Origin: an uncultured Alphaproteobacteria bacterium
GTDB taxonomy: Bacteria > Pseudomonadota > Alphaproteobacteria > HIMB59 > GCA-002718135
NCBI GenBank assembly: GCA_902614395.1
Contig: CACMKW010000003.1
Span: 36,474-100,473, forward strand
Length of the DNA stretch: 64,000 bases
Reading direction: 5' to 3'
Shown here: positions 25,934 to 35,360 of the stretch, in pieces
Position numbering within the stretch: the first letter of the stretch is position 1
How the letters are laid out: every line of letters begins with the position of its first letter
Translations under genes and position numbers: made by a program
Notes under the pieces: model-generated
Database searches by the model: none
Seen by the model: only the letters and a program-made list of their open reading frames with translations
Told to the model about the DNA's origin: nothing

Positions 25934-28004
25934 GATTTTCTACTCCTATTGAGATGTGTAAATTTGCAAACTTATCTACTTTACATTTTTGTTTAGGAAA
26001 AATTACAACCGTAGTGCTTGGATCTTCAACTATTGCTGGGCCAGTAAATTCCATTCCAGGTTCTAGAAGATCGAAATTATAAATATTTGATTTATGCACT
26101 CCCATTTCATCAAAATCTACTTCTCTTGTCTCTTTTATAGTATCTTCAACTTTTATATTTGTAATTTTTCTCTCTTGTAACTCAGGCTTTTCAATTTTGG
26201 CAAAAGCTACAAGGTGAAATTGAATCATATCTACTTGGTTTTCTAATTTATAAGTAAATTCTTTTTCATATTGAGTATGAAAATCATCAATAATTTTCTT
26301 TATTGAATCTTCATCAAATTTTGAATTTGTAATTGGAATTTCAACAGAATGGTCTTGACCCAAGTATCTAAAACTTCCAAATCTTTTAAATGATATTAAT
26401 TCTTTAGAAATATTTTCTTTTTTATAACTTTCTTCTGCTTGTTTTTCCATTTCACTAAAAGTTTTATTCAAAATATCAATTGCTTGGTCATTCATAGTAG
26501 TAAGTTTAGTAAGAATATAATCTCTTCTCAAATCGCTCATCAACATGCCCCAAGCAGAAAAAACAGAAGAATTAACTGGTATTATCACTTTTGGAATATT
26601 TAATTCCTTTGCTAACGATGTAGCATGCATTCCACCACCACCTCCAAAAGCTACAAGACTAAAATCTCTTGGATCGTATCCCTTATTAACAGATACAAGT
26701 TTAAGTGCATTTATCATATTATTATTAGCAATACGTATGATGCCACGTGCAGTTTCTTCATTAGTAAATTTTAAATTTTTAGAAAGAGGTGCTATTGTTT
26801 TACTTACAGCATCCATATCAGCCTTAATTTCTCCACCGCAGAAATAATTCTGATTAATCCTATTTGTAATCAAATTTGCATCAGTTGTAGTAATAGATGT
26901 GCCACCTTTCCCATATGATACTGGGCCTGGATCAGCTCCTGCACTTTGTGGACCAACATGTAATTTATCATAATTATCTACCCATGCTATACTTCCTCCC
27001 CCATTGCCGATTTCAACTATGTCAACAACTGGAAGCATAACTGGATATCCTGCAGATTGTCTATTTTTTTCTATCCAATAGTTTGTGTTAATTTTTACAT
27101 TACCATTTTCTATGAGTGAACACTTAGCTGTAGTACCACCAACATCTAAGGTAATTAAATTATTTTCTTTAATTAATTTTCCTAACTCTGCTGCACCTAA
27201 CACTCCACTAGTAGGTCCAGATTCTATCATTGTCAAAGGGATAGCTTTTGTTGACTCAAAAGTGTCAATACCCCCATTAGATTGCATAACATAAGGGTTG
27301 CCACTAAAGTTAGCAGCTATTAATTTATCATTAAGTTTGTCCAAGTAACTTCTTGCAATGGGTTTAACATATGCACATAAAGCAGTTGTATTAGTCCTTT
27401 CGTACTCTCTCCATTCTCTTGTAATTTGGTGGGAGGCAACAATGTCAATTTCTGCCCACTTACTTTTTATATAATCAATTACTTTTTGTTCATGCAGTGA
27501 ATTAGCGTATCCATGAATTAAGCATACAGCAATAGATTGCACATCATGTTTTTTGAATTTTTCAATTATTTTATCCAAACCTGATAAATCAAGAGGAGTT
27601 AATTCTTTTCCTAAGAAATCAATTCTACCAGGAACCTCTGCTCTTAAATACCTAGGAACGAAGGGTTTTGGTTTTTGATATCTGAGATTAAAGAAGTCAG
27701 GTCTATCTCCTCTTGCTATTTCTAGACTATCCCTAAAACCTTTAGTAGTAACTAATCCTGTTAATACACCTTTTCTTTCAGTTATCGAATTAATAACTAC
27801 TGTTGTTCCATGGGCGAAAAAAGTAGATTTAGCAATATCTACATTTCCTTTCTCAATTGCATCAAAAACTCCCTTTTCATAACTACTAGGAGTAGTGTCG
27901 CTTTTTGCAGTTTTTATAGAAAGTGCTTTTCCAGATTTTTCATCAATTTCAAAATATACTAAATCGGTAAAAGTACCGCCCACATCTGTTGCTACTCTTA
28001 ACAT
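25926..28004 (-). CDS. hyuA: hydantoinase A / oxoprolinase-family ATPase subunit (HyuA1)
   Basis: N-terminal ATDVGGTFTDLV, second phosphate-binding block LDVGGTTAK, GNGGGSIAW, FGGGGGMHA. 692 aa. Confidence 0.85.
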   Translation of the reverse strand: MLRVATDVGGTFTDLVYFEIDEKSGKALSIKTAKSDTTPSSYEKGVFDAIEKGNVDIAKSTFFAHGTTVVINSITERKGVLTGLVTTKGFRDSLEIARGDRPDFFNLRYQKPKPFVPRYLRAEVPGRIDFLGKELTPLDLSGLDKIIEKFKKHDVQSIAVCLIHGYANSLHEQKVIDYIKSKWAEIDIVASHQITREWREYERTNTTALCAYVKPIARSYLDKLNDKLIAANFSGNPYVMQSNGGIDTFESTKAIPLTMIESGPTSGVLGAAELGKLIKENNLITLDVGGTTAKCSLIENGNVKINTNYWIEKNRQSAGYPVMLPVVDIVEIGNGGGSIAWVDNYDKLHVGPQSAGADPGPVSYGKGGTSITTTDANLITNRINQNYFCGGEIKADMDAVSKTIAPLSKNLKFTNEETARGIIRIANNNMINALKLVSVNKGYDPRDFSLVAFGGGGGMHATSLAKELNIPKVIIPVNSSVFSAWGMLMSDLRRDYILTKLTTMNDQAIDILNKTFSEMEKQAEESYKKENISKELISFKRFGSFRYLGQDHSVEIPITNSKFDEDSIKKIIDDFHTQYEKEFTYKLENQVDMIQFHLVAFAKIEKPELQERKITNIKVEDTIKETREVDFDEMGVHKSNIYNFDLLEPGMEFTGPAIVEDPSTTVVIFPKQKCKVDKFANLHISIGVENRE

Positions 28005-28007
28005 TTA

Positions 28008-29723
28008 TTATAATTTAACATCTGGGTAGTATTTATTTACATATTCTTTAGATAAATAACCCTGTTTTACATCATCAATAATTTTGCTATGATCTCTTTC
28101 TTTTGGATCTCCATATCCGCCACCACCTCCACATTGAAGTAATATTTTGTTACCTTTTTTAATTGGAACTCTAGTAGCTTTTGGAACTTCTCTATTTGTC
28201 TTTCCATCTTCCATTAAAAAACAATTATTCGGCAGAGCTTCAAGACCGCCGTTTAAACCCCAAGGAGGTAGTTTACTTCTTTCACAAACTGTGGTTGCAA
28301 AAGAATCCTCTAACATTTCAAATTCAAAGTTAACTCCCAAACCTCCTCTATTTTTTCCAGCTCCACAACTGTCTTGAATTAATTCAACTTTATTTATTAA
28401 CCAAGGGTTTCTATTTTCCCAAACCTCTGCTGGAGCAAATCTAGTTGCTGATTCTGCATGATGAAGACATGTTGCTCCATCTCCAAAATGACTTGCACCT
28501 TGACCAACTGGATGAGGAGCCCCATCTGCCCAAGGCTCACCAGTTTCTTCTCGTATGCCCCACCAGACAATACCATTTATACAACCTCCACTACTTGCTG
28601 GAACATTTTCAGGGAACTTTGTTCCAAGAGCTCTATAAAAAACTTCTATTGCTTGTAAAGCAGGCCAACCATATAAAAAACATGGGGCAGGAGAAATAGG
28701 ATGGAACAGCGTTCCAGGTTTAGTGATAACCTCTATTGGTCTAAAAAAACCTTCGTTAGGTGGCTCATTACTTCCGGCTAACATACTCATAGATACACGA
28801 GCTGTTGATACAGTTGAAGGTAAAGGACAGTTTATAGGTCCATTTTGTTGAGGTGGTGCATTTGACATATCTAAAATTACTTTTTCATCCTCAATAATTA
28901 CTTTCAAATCAAATGGTACTGTACCTTCTTCAACACCATTACTATCCATTTGTCCTGATCCAACATACTCACCATTAGGAATTTTCTTTAAGTAGTTTCT
29001 AACTATCATTTCACCGGCATCAAAGATTGCTTCAGTAGTATCTCTAAATTTTTTTAAACCATATTTTGCGACAATCTTCTTTAATGCTCTTTCACCAGCT
29101 CTTACTCCAATTGCTTGAGCGTTAATATCACCTGCAACAGAGTTAGGAACTCGTGTATTAGCAATACACATTTTGTAAATGTCCTCAACTAATTCACCTT
29201 TATTATAAAGTTTAACACCTGGGTAAACGGTTCCCTCTTGAAAAACATCAACTGTATCTGTTGAATATGGTTCTTTTCCAGCTATATCAAGCCAATGTGC
29301 TTTAATTGCGGTGTATGCTATTAATTCTCCATCAAAAAAAACTGGCATAACTAATGCAGCATCTTGTGGGTGTGAACCAGTACCATAAGGTGAGTTATAT
29401 ATAATTATATCACCTTCATTGAGTTTGGACTCTCCTCCAACTCCTTTAACTGCTTCCTCAATACAAAAATTTAAGGTTCCCATAAACAATGGTAAGCTTG
29501 GTGCCTGAGCTAAAAGTCTCATGTGATTGTCATAAATAGCACCAGCAAAATCTAATACATCGTAAATTACAGGAGACATTGCAGTTCTGCATAGCGCTCT
29601 TTTCATTTGTTCAGCAGCAGAATTTAATGAGTTTCTTACTATCTGGGTTGTAATTGGATCAACCTCTGCTTTATTTGATTTTCTATCTACGCCACATTTA
29701 TAATGATGAAGTTCACTACTCAT
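28008..29723 (-). CDS. hyuB: hydantoinase B / oxoprolinase-family subunit (HyuB2)
   Basis: DPITTQIVRNSLNSAAEQMKRAL, AIKAHWLDIAGKEPYSTDTVDVFQEGTVYPG, C-terminal CGGGGGYGDP. It is a close paralog of 31885-33597. Confidence 0.85.
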   Translation of the reverse strand: MSSELHHYKCGVDRKSNKAEVDPITTQIVRNSLNSAAEQMKRALCRTAMSPVIYDVLDFAGAIYDNHMRLLAQAPSLPLFMGTLNFCIEEAVKGVGGESKLNEGDIIIYNSPYGTGSHPQDAALVMPVFFDGELIAYTAIKAHWLDIAGKEPYSTDTVDVFQEGTVYPGVKLYNKGELVEDIYKMCIANTRVPNSVAGDINAQAIGVRAGERALKKIVAKYGLKKFRDTTEAIFDAGEMIVRNYLKKIPNGEYVGSGQMDSNGVEEGTVPFDLKVIIEDEKVILDMSNAPPQQNGPINCPLPSTVSTARVSMSMLAGSNEPPNEGFFRPIEVITKPGTLFHPISPAPCFLYGWPALQAIEVFYRALGTKFPENVPASSGGCINGIVWWGIREETGEPWADGAPHPVGQGASHFGDGATCLHHAESATRFAPAEVWENRNPWLINKVELIQDSCGAGKNRGGLGVNFEFEMLEDSFATTVCERSKLPPWGLNGGLEALPNNCFLMEDGKTNREVPKATRVPIKKGNKILLQCGGGGGYGDPKERDHSKIIDDVKQGYLSKEYVNKYYPDVKL

Positions 29724-29727
29724 TAAA

Positions 29728-31764
29728 TTAATTCTCCTTATTATTAAGAATTAGGTTTCCTAATCCATCTGTATTAATATTATAATTTTCATCAACATAA
29801 GTAACTGCTGTACTTTCCAAAATTATCATAGGTCCTGACATTCCAGATTTTATTTCGTTTCTAGGAATAATTTTAAATTCTAAATTTTTATCAGCATTAA
29901 ATGAAAAACAACTAATTGTACTTGAAGATATTTCTATATTATCTTCTTCTATTTTTCCTGACTCTGATTTTCTAGGTAGATTAACGCGTATTGATGCTCT
30001 AGTAGATACGACCTCAACTACAGTATCTAATTTACTTCCAAAAGTTTTTTCATATTCTTTCATAAAGTTTTGTTTTAACGTTTCAGAATCTAAATTTATT
30101 TTTCCATCTGAATGATCATCAATTTTAAGAGTAATTGTATGTTCTTGACCCATCCATCTCATGTCAAGAGCAACTTCTTTTATTTTTTCATTAGCTGTAA
30201 AATCTATTTTTTGTCTTTCCTCTAATTCTTTGAATAAATTTTCTAAAATGGTGTTACACTCAGTTAATGCATCATCTGATAGACGTAGAATTTTAGTTTT
30301 GGCATTCATCTGTAGCAAATCTGCTCCTAAAAGTCCCCAAGCAGAAAAATTACCAGAGTAAGGAGGTATAATTATTTCTTTTATTTCAAGTTCTTCAGCT
30401 ATTAAATTAGACATTAAAGGACCGGCGCCTCCAAAAGCTAAAAGTTTTAACTCTCTAGGATCAATACCTTGTTCAATTGTAATCTCTCTAATCGCATCAG
30501 CCATATTGGCACTACTTATTTTTAGAATACCTTTTGCAGTATCAAAAGCTGATAAATTAATTTTTGAACCAACAGAATTCAGGGCGTCTTCCGCTAGTTT
30601 TTTATTTAATTGTAATCCTGATGCTAGTTTACCTTCACCAAGCATTCCTAAATAAAAAGCAGCATCAGTAGTTGTTGGTTGTTTTCCACCTCTTTCATAA
30701 CATGCTGGACCCGGAACAGCCCCAGCACTTTGAGGTCCTGATCTAAGCAAACCTCCATCATCCAAGTAGGCAATTGATCCACCACCAGCACCAATTGAAC
30801 GAACATCTACCCAAGGAGATTGGAGAGGTAAACCAACTATTTTTCCTTCAAATTGTATTTGTGGTCTTCCATCTAAAATTAAACAAGTATCAAAACTTGT
30901 ACCGCCAACATCTGCAGTAACCATATTTGTATTTTTAAGCTTCCTTGATAATTCTCCTGCACCCTCTGCTCCTGCAACTGGACCTGACATAATTGTCTCA
31001 AAAGGTCTTTCACTTGCTTCATCAAAGGTCATTGAACCACTTCCAGATCGAGTTAAAAGAAACGAACCTTTAAAACCAATGTCATTAAGACTATTTTTTA
31101 AAGTATCTAAATAATTTGACATTCTAGCTTTTACGAAAGCATCTATTATTGTGGTTGTTGTTCTTTCGTATTCCCTATATTCACCTGAAACCAAAGACGA
31201 TAATGAAATTTCACCTTTAAAACCATTTTCTATTAAAGTTTTTTTAGCAAGTAATTCATGCTCTTTATTGGAATAAGCATTCATAAAAGCTATAGCAACA
31301 CTGTTAACACCTTCATCAATAAAATGTTTACAAGACTCTTTAACATCATTTATGTTTAGATTAGTGTGAACCTTCCCATTTGCAAATAACCTCTCTTCAA
31401 TTTCTAGTCTTAAATAACGTGGAACTAATGGCGGTGGTGGTTGCCAAAATAAATTGTACATTTCATCCCTATCGCCCCTTCTAATCTCAATAATGTCTCT
31501 AAAACCTTTTGTGCAAAGTAATCCTACTTTTGATCCCTTTCTTTCTAATAAAGCATTTAAACCAACAGTAGTACCATGTAAGAAAAAATCAATATTACTT
31601 AACTGTTCCTTATTTAAATTTCTTTTAACTACTTCAATAACTGCTTTTTCAGGATCTGCTGGAGTCGTTGGTATTTTATCAATTATTACTTTGTTATCAT
31701 TTTCATCATAAACAATAAAATCAGTAAATGTACCACCTATATCTACTCCTATTCTTGATGACAT
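29728..31764 (-). CDS. hyuA: hydantoinase A / oxoprolinase-family ATPase subunit (HyuA2)
   Basis: GVDIGGTFTDFI, ADVGGTSFD, GAGGGSIAY, FGGAGPL. 678 aa. Confidence 0.85.
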   Translation of the reverse strand: MSSRIGVDIGGTFTDFIVYDENDNKVIIDKIPTTPADPEKAVIEVVKRNLNKEQLSNIDFFLHGTTVGLNALLERKGSKVGLLCTKGFRDIIEIRRGDRDEMYNLFWQPPPPLVPRYLRLEIEERLFANGKVHTNLNINDVKESCKHFIDEGVNSVAIAFMNAYSNKEHELLAKKTLIENGFKGEISLSSLVSGEYREYERTTTTIIDAFVKARMSNYLDTLKNSLNDIGFKGSFLLTRSGSGSMTFDEASERPFETIMSGPVAGAEGAGELSRKLKNTNMVTADVGGTSFDTCLILDGRPQIQFEGKIVGLPLQSPWVDVRSIGAGGGSIAYLDDGGLLRSGPQSAGAVPGPACYERGGKQPTTTDAAFYLGMLGEGKLASGLQLNKKLAEDALNSVGSKINLSAFDTAKGILKISSANMADAIREITIEQGIDPRELKLLAFGGAGPLMSNLIAEELEIKEIIIPPYSGNFSAWGLLGADLLQMNAKTKILRLSDDALTECNTILENLFKELEERQKIDFTANEKIKEVALDMRWMGQEHTITLKIDDHSDGKINLDSETLKQNFMKEYEKTFGSKLDTVVEVVSTRASIRVNLPRKSESGKIEEDNIEISSSTISCFSFNADKNLEFKIIPRNEIKSGMSGPMIILESTAVTYVDENYNINTDGLGNLILNNKEN

Positions 31765-31884
31765 AATAGAAAGTAAGCTATCAGATGCTATTTAGAATTC
31801 AAGAATAATTAACAGACAATATTATTAATTTTGAAAATTTTTTTATTAAAAGTAGAATAAAATCATTATTATCGAAATATAGTT

Positions 31885-33597
31885 ATGAGTATTGATATTT
31901 TTCAATCTAAGGAATTAAAAAAAAATAAAAAAATTAAAACTGATCCAATAACTTCTGAAATAATTAGAAATAGTCTCAATTCAGCAGCAGAGCAAATGAA
32001 AAAGGCTTTAGTAAGATCAGCTTTTTCACCCATCATTTATGAGGTTCTTGATTTTGCTAGTGCAATTTACGATAAAAATTATTGTATGCTTTCACAGTCA
32101 CCAAGTTTACCTGGTTTCATGGGGACACTAAGTTTTTGTGTAGAGCAAGCAGTTAAAGAAGTTGGGGGAGAAGAAAATATCTTTGATGGAGATATAATTA
32201 TATATAATAATCCATATGGTTCAGGTTCTCATTCACAGGATGCTGCACTAGTTAAGCCAGTTTTTATAGAAAACAAACTAATAGGATATACAGCAATTAA
32301 AGCTCACTGGCTTGATACAGGAGGTAAAGAACCTTATTCAACAGATACAGTAGATGTTTTTCAAGAAGGAACGATTTACCCTGGGCTTAAGCTTTATAAA
32401 AAAGGAGAATTAGAAGAAGATATTTTTAAATTAATCAAAGCCAATTCAAGAGTACCTAAAGCTATTGAGGGTGATTTAAATGCTCAACTAAATGGAATAA
32501 TTGCAGGAGCAAATGCTTTAAAAAGAATTGTAAATAAATTTGGTTACGAATTATTTTATGCATCTGTCTTAGAAATATATGAACATGGTGAAAAATTGGT
32601 TAGAAAAAGTTTACAAAAAATTCCTGATGGTACATATTCTGGTTTTGGTCAGATGGATAGTAATGGCGTCGATGAAGGTGTTGTGAAATTCAAAATATCT
32701 ATTGAAGTAAAAGGTTCAGATTTAATTCTAGATTTTACAGATGCACCAGATCAACAAAATGGACCAATCAATTGTCCTCTACCATCAACTGTTTCTAAAG
32801 CCCGTGTTGCATTTAGTATGATGGCAGGAAATGGGGAGCAGCCAAATGAAGGTTTTTTTAGACCATTAATTGTTAAAACAAAAAAAGGAACTATGTTTAA
32901 TCCGGTTTCTCCTGCTCCTTGTTTTTTAAATGGATGGCCTGGTTTACAAGTAATTGAAGTTATTTACAGAATTCTATCTGAAAAATTACCTGAAGCATTT
33001 CCTGCAAGTAGTGGTGGGTGTTTAGCTGCAGCAGTTTGGTGGGGCAAAAGAGAAAAAGATGGTGAACCTTGGGCAGACGGAGCTCCTCATCCTGTAGGCC
33101 AAGGTGGTTTTTACAATGGCGATGGGGTTACTTCAATGCATCACAATTCAGCTGGCACTAGAATTTCTCCGACAGAAATTTGGGAGTCAAAAAATCCTTG
33201 GCTAATAAATAAAATAGAATTAGCTAAAGACTCTTGTGGCGCAGGTGAATTTAGAGGTGGTTTAGGTTTAGATTTAGAATTCGAAATGATTGAAGAAACA
33301 TTTATTACGACTGTTGTTGAAAGAACAAAGAATCCTCCATGGGGTATAAAAGATGGGAAAGCTGGAAGAGCAAATAACGTACAAGTAATTAAAAAAAATG
33401 GAGATAAATTTTTTATGCCAAAGAAATCAGGATATAAATTAGATAAAGGTGATAAGATAATTTTTTTAACTGGTGGCGGTGGTGGGTATGGAAATCCCGA
33501 GTTTCGAAAAATAGAAAAAATTGAGTATGACTTAAAACAAGAATATTTATCTAAAAAATACGTCGAAGAAAACTTTAAACATTTCAAATTTAATTAA
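31885..33597 (+). CDS. hyuB: hydantoinase B / oxoprolinase-family subunit without adjacent A subunit (HyuB3)
   Basis: DPITSEIIRNSLNSAAEQMKKAL, AIKAHWLDTGGKEPYSTDTVDVFQEGTIYPG, TGGGGGYGNP. It is divergent from hyuA2 and precedes the ABC importer genes on the same strand, with a 114-nt gap. Confidence 0.85.
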   Translation: MSIDIFQSKELKKNKKIKTDPITSEIIRNSLNSAAEQMKKALVRSAFSPIIYEVLDFASAIYDKNYCMLSQSPSLPGFMGTLSFCVEQAVKEVGGEENIFDGDIIIYNNPYGSGSHSQDAALVKPVFIENKLIGYTAIKAHWLDTGGKEPYSTDTVDVFQEGTIYPGLKLYKKGELEEDIFKLIKANSRVPKAIEGDLNAQLNGIIAGANALKRIVNKFGYELFYASVLEIYEHGEKLVRKSLQKIPDGTYSGFGQMDSNGVDEGVVKFKISIEVKGSDLILDFTDAPDQQNGPINCPLPSTVSKARVAFSMMAGNGEQPNEGFFRPLIVKTKKGTMFNPVSPAPCFLNGWPGLQVIEVIYRILSEKLPEAFPASSGGCLAAAVWWGKREKDGEPWADGAPHPVGQGGFYNGDGVTSMHHNSAGTRISPTEIWESKNPWLINKIELAKDSCGAGEFRGGLGLDLEFEMIEETFITTVVERTKNPPWGIKDGKAGRANNVQVIKKNGDKFFMPKKSGYKLDKGDKIIFLTGGGGGYGNPEFRKIEKIEYDLKQEYLSKKYVEENFKHFKFN

Positions 33598-33699
33598 ATA
33601 ATCAAAAAAATATAGCAATTTTTTCATATATACGTTCAATATTATACAATTGAATTCTTTTTTAATTCCTCTAAGATTTATCAATATTTAATTTTTTTT

Positions 33700-33706
33700 A
33701 GGAGGA
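33700..33706 (+). promoter_or_regulatory. strong Shine-Dalgarno (AGGAGGA) for the family-5 SBP gene
   Basis: AGGAGGA lies 5 nt upstream of the ATG at 33712. Such a strong SD is unusual among the genes in this window. Confidence 0.5.
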
Positions 33707-33711
33707 ATAAA

Positions 33712-35310
33712 ATGAAAAAAATTAGTTTTTTTAAAACAATTTTATTATCCCTAATAATATCTGTATTATCTTTTTCATTTGTAAGTGCAAAAACGGTAAT
33801 CAGAACTGACGAAGCAGCAATTGGAGAAGCTGATCCAGCTAAATTCTCTGATAACATAGATTCTGTAATTATATTTAATGTCTATGACGCTCTCGTTGAT
33901 GAAGGGAAAAATGGAAGTGGACTTAAACCATTACTTTCAACTGGTTGGGAATATCCAGATCCAAACACATTGAATGTATCTTTAAAAAGTGGTGTAAAAT
34001 TTCATAGTGGAAATACACTTGATGCTGACGATGTAGTTTATTCATTTAATAGATTAATGGATATGGGTCAGGGTTTTTCATTCCTTTTTGGTTCAGTTGA
34101 AAGTGTTACTGCTTTAGATGCAAGTACAGTTCAGTTTAAAACAACAGAACCATTTGCGCCACTAGTTGCAAGTTTAATGAGATTGGCGATTGTTGATAAA
34201 GATGATGTTCAAGCTAATACTGTTGACGGTAATTATGGTGATAATGGCGATTACGGTGAAGCATATCTATTATCAACTTCTGCTGGAACTGGTGCTTATA
34301 AATTAAGTGAACACGATCCAAACGTTAAAACTGTATTAGTTAAAAATGATGATTATTTTCAAGGTCATAATGCAAAGGCACCAGATGAAGTAATTATTAA
34401 ATACAGTGTTGAAGCAGCTACAATTAAAGCACTTTTACTCAGAGGTGAACATGAGATCTCAAGTATGTGGCTTCCAAATGAAGTTCTTGCTGCACTTTCA
34501 AAAGAAGATAGTGTCGATTTAGTAAAAATTAATCGTCCAGGATCTTGGATGAACAAGCTAAATAATAGAAGAGCGCCATTTGATGATGTTCATTGCCGAA
34601 GAGCAATACAATTAGCTTATGACTATGATGCTCTTTATCAATCTTTCGCAATTACTGATGATTTAGTTGCTGGTCAAAAAGCAAGTGGAGCTTTAATTGC
34701 TGGAGTTTTAGGATACGATCCTAACAAAGCTCCAATTGAAAGAGATATTGAGAAGGCTAAAGCTGAACAAGCAAAATGTAAATATAATCCTTCTGATTAT
34801 ACACTGGATTTAGCTTGGATTGCTGAAGTTCCATATGAAGAGCCATGGGCTTTACAATTACAAGCTAATGCCATGGAACTAGGGTATGATGCTACAGTAA
34901 CTGGTTTGCCTTGGGCTAAATTTACTGAACAAGTATCAAGTTGGGAAAATACTCCGCATGCAACTGTAGTTTCAGTTCTTGCGAATGTACCAGATCCTGA
35001 CGCACTAATGTACGCTCAGTTCCACTCTTCAAGAGGTGGTACGTGGATGTCAGCTGAATGGGCTAATGATCCAGAGCTTGATGCACTATTAGAAAAAGGA
35101 AGAACTGAAACAAATGAAGCTGAAAGAATAAAAATTTATCAAGCTGCCAATCAGGTAATGATTGATAATGCTATTACTTTATTCATAACAGACTTTGTTG
35201 GGTTTCAACCAATATCTAAGAATGTATCAAATTCAGATACAATTAGTACACAACAACAGTATGGTACAATGGGTAGAAACTTGTCATTTAGAGAAATGGC
35301 AGTAAATTAA
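33712..35310 (+). CDS. ABC transporter substrate-binding protein, family 5 (peptide/nickel/opine type)
   Basis: Signal peptide MKKISFFKTILLSLIISVLSFSFVSA. 532 aa. It is followed by DppBCDF-type genes. Confidence 0.85.
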   Translation: MKKISFFKTILLSLIISVLSFSFVSAKTVIRTDEAAIGEADPAKFSDNIDSVIIFNVYDALVDEGKNGSGLKPLLSTGWEYPDPNTLNVSLKSGVKFHSGNTLDADDVVYSFNRLMDMGQGFSFLFGSVESVTALDASTVQFKTTEPFAPLVASLMRLAIVDKDDVQANTVDGNYGDNGDYGEAYLLSTSAGTGAYKLSEHDPNVKTVLVKNDDYFQGHNAKAPDEVIIKYSVEAATIKALLLRGEHEISSMWLPNEVLAALSKEDSVDLVKINRPGSWMNKLNNRRAPFDDVHCRRAIQLAYDYDALYQSFAITDDLVAGQKASGALIAGVLGYDPNKAPIERDIEKAKAEQAKCKYNPSDYTLDLAWIAEVPYEEPWALQLQANAMELGYDATVTGLPWAKFTEQVSSWENTPHATVVSVLANVPDPDALMYAQFHSSRGGTWMSAEWANDPELDALLEKGRTETNEAERIKIYQAANQVMIDNAITLFITDFVGFQPISKNVSNSDTISTQQQYGTMGRNLSFREMAVN

Positions 35311-35317
35311 ATTTGAT

Positions 35318-35346
35318 GGCCGGTCTATAAAGACCGGCCTTTTTTT
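35318..35346 (+). terminator. rho-independent terminator/attenuator after the SBP gene
   Basis: GGCCGGTCT-ataa-AGACCGGCC followed by TTTTTTT. This GC-rich 9-bp stem stands out in AT-rich DNA. It lies 7 nt after the SBP stop and 14 nt before the permease start. Confidence 0.8.
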
Positions 35347-35360
35347 GTAAATCTATAAAA

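Noticed and set aside
33141-33587. 148-aa ORF antisense to hyuB3
   Set aside because: It lies entirely inside a well-conserved HyuB coding frame. Its Pro/Phe/Ser-rich low-complexity translation is the mirror of the GGGGG-containing sense frame. It has no independent start context.
28008-33597. Inverted hyuB2/hyuB3 paralogs as arms of a composite mobile element
   Set aside because: There is no transposase, integrase or terminal repeat. The arms are full-length, apparently functional genes that have diverged at the protein level.
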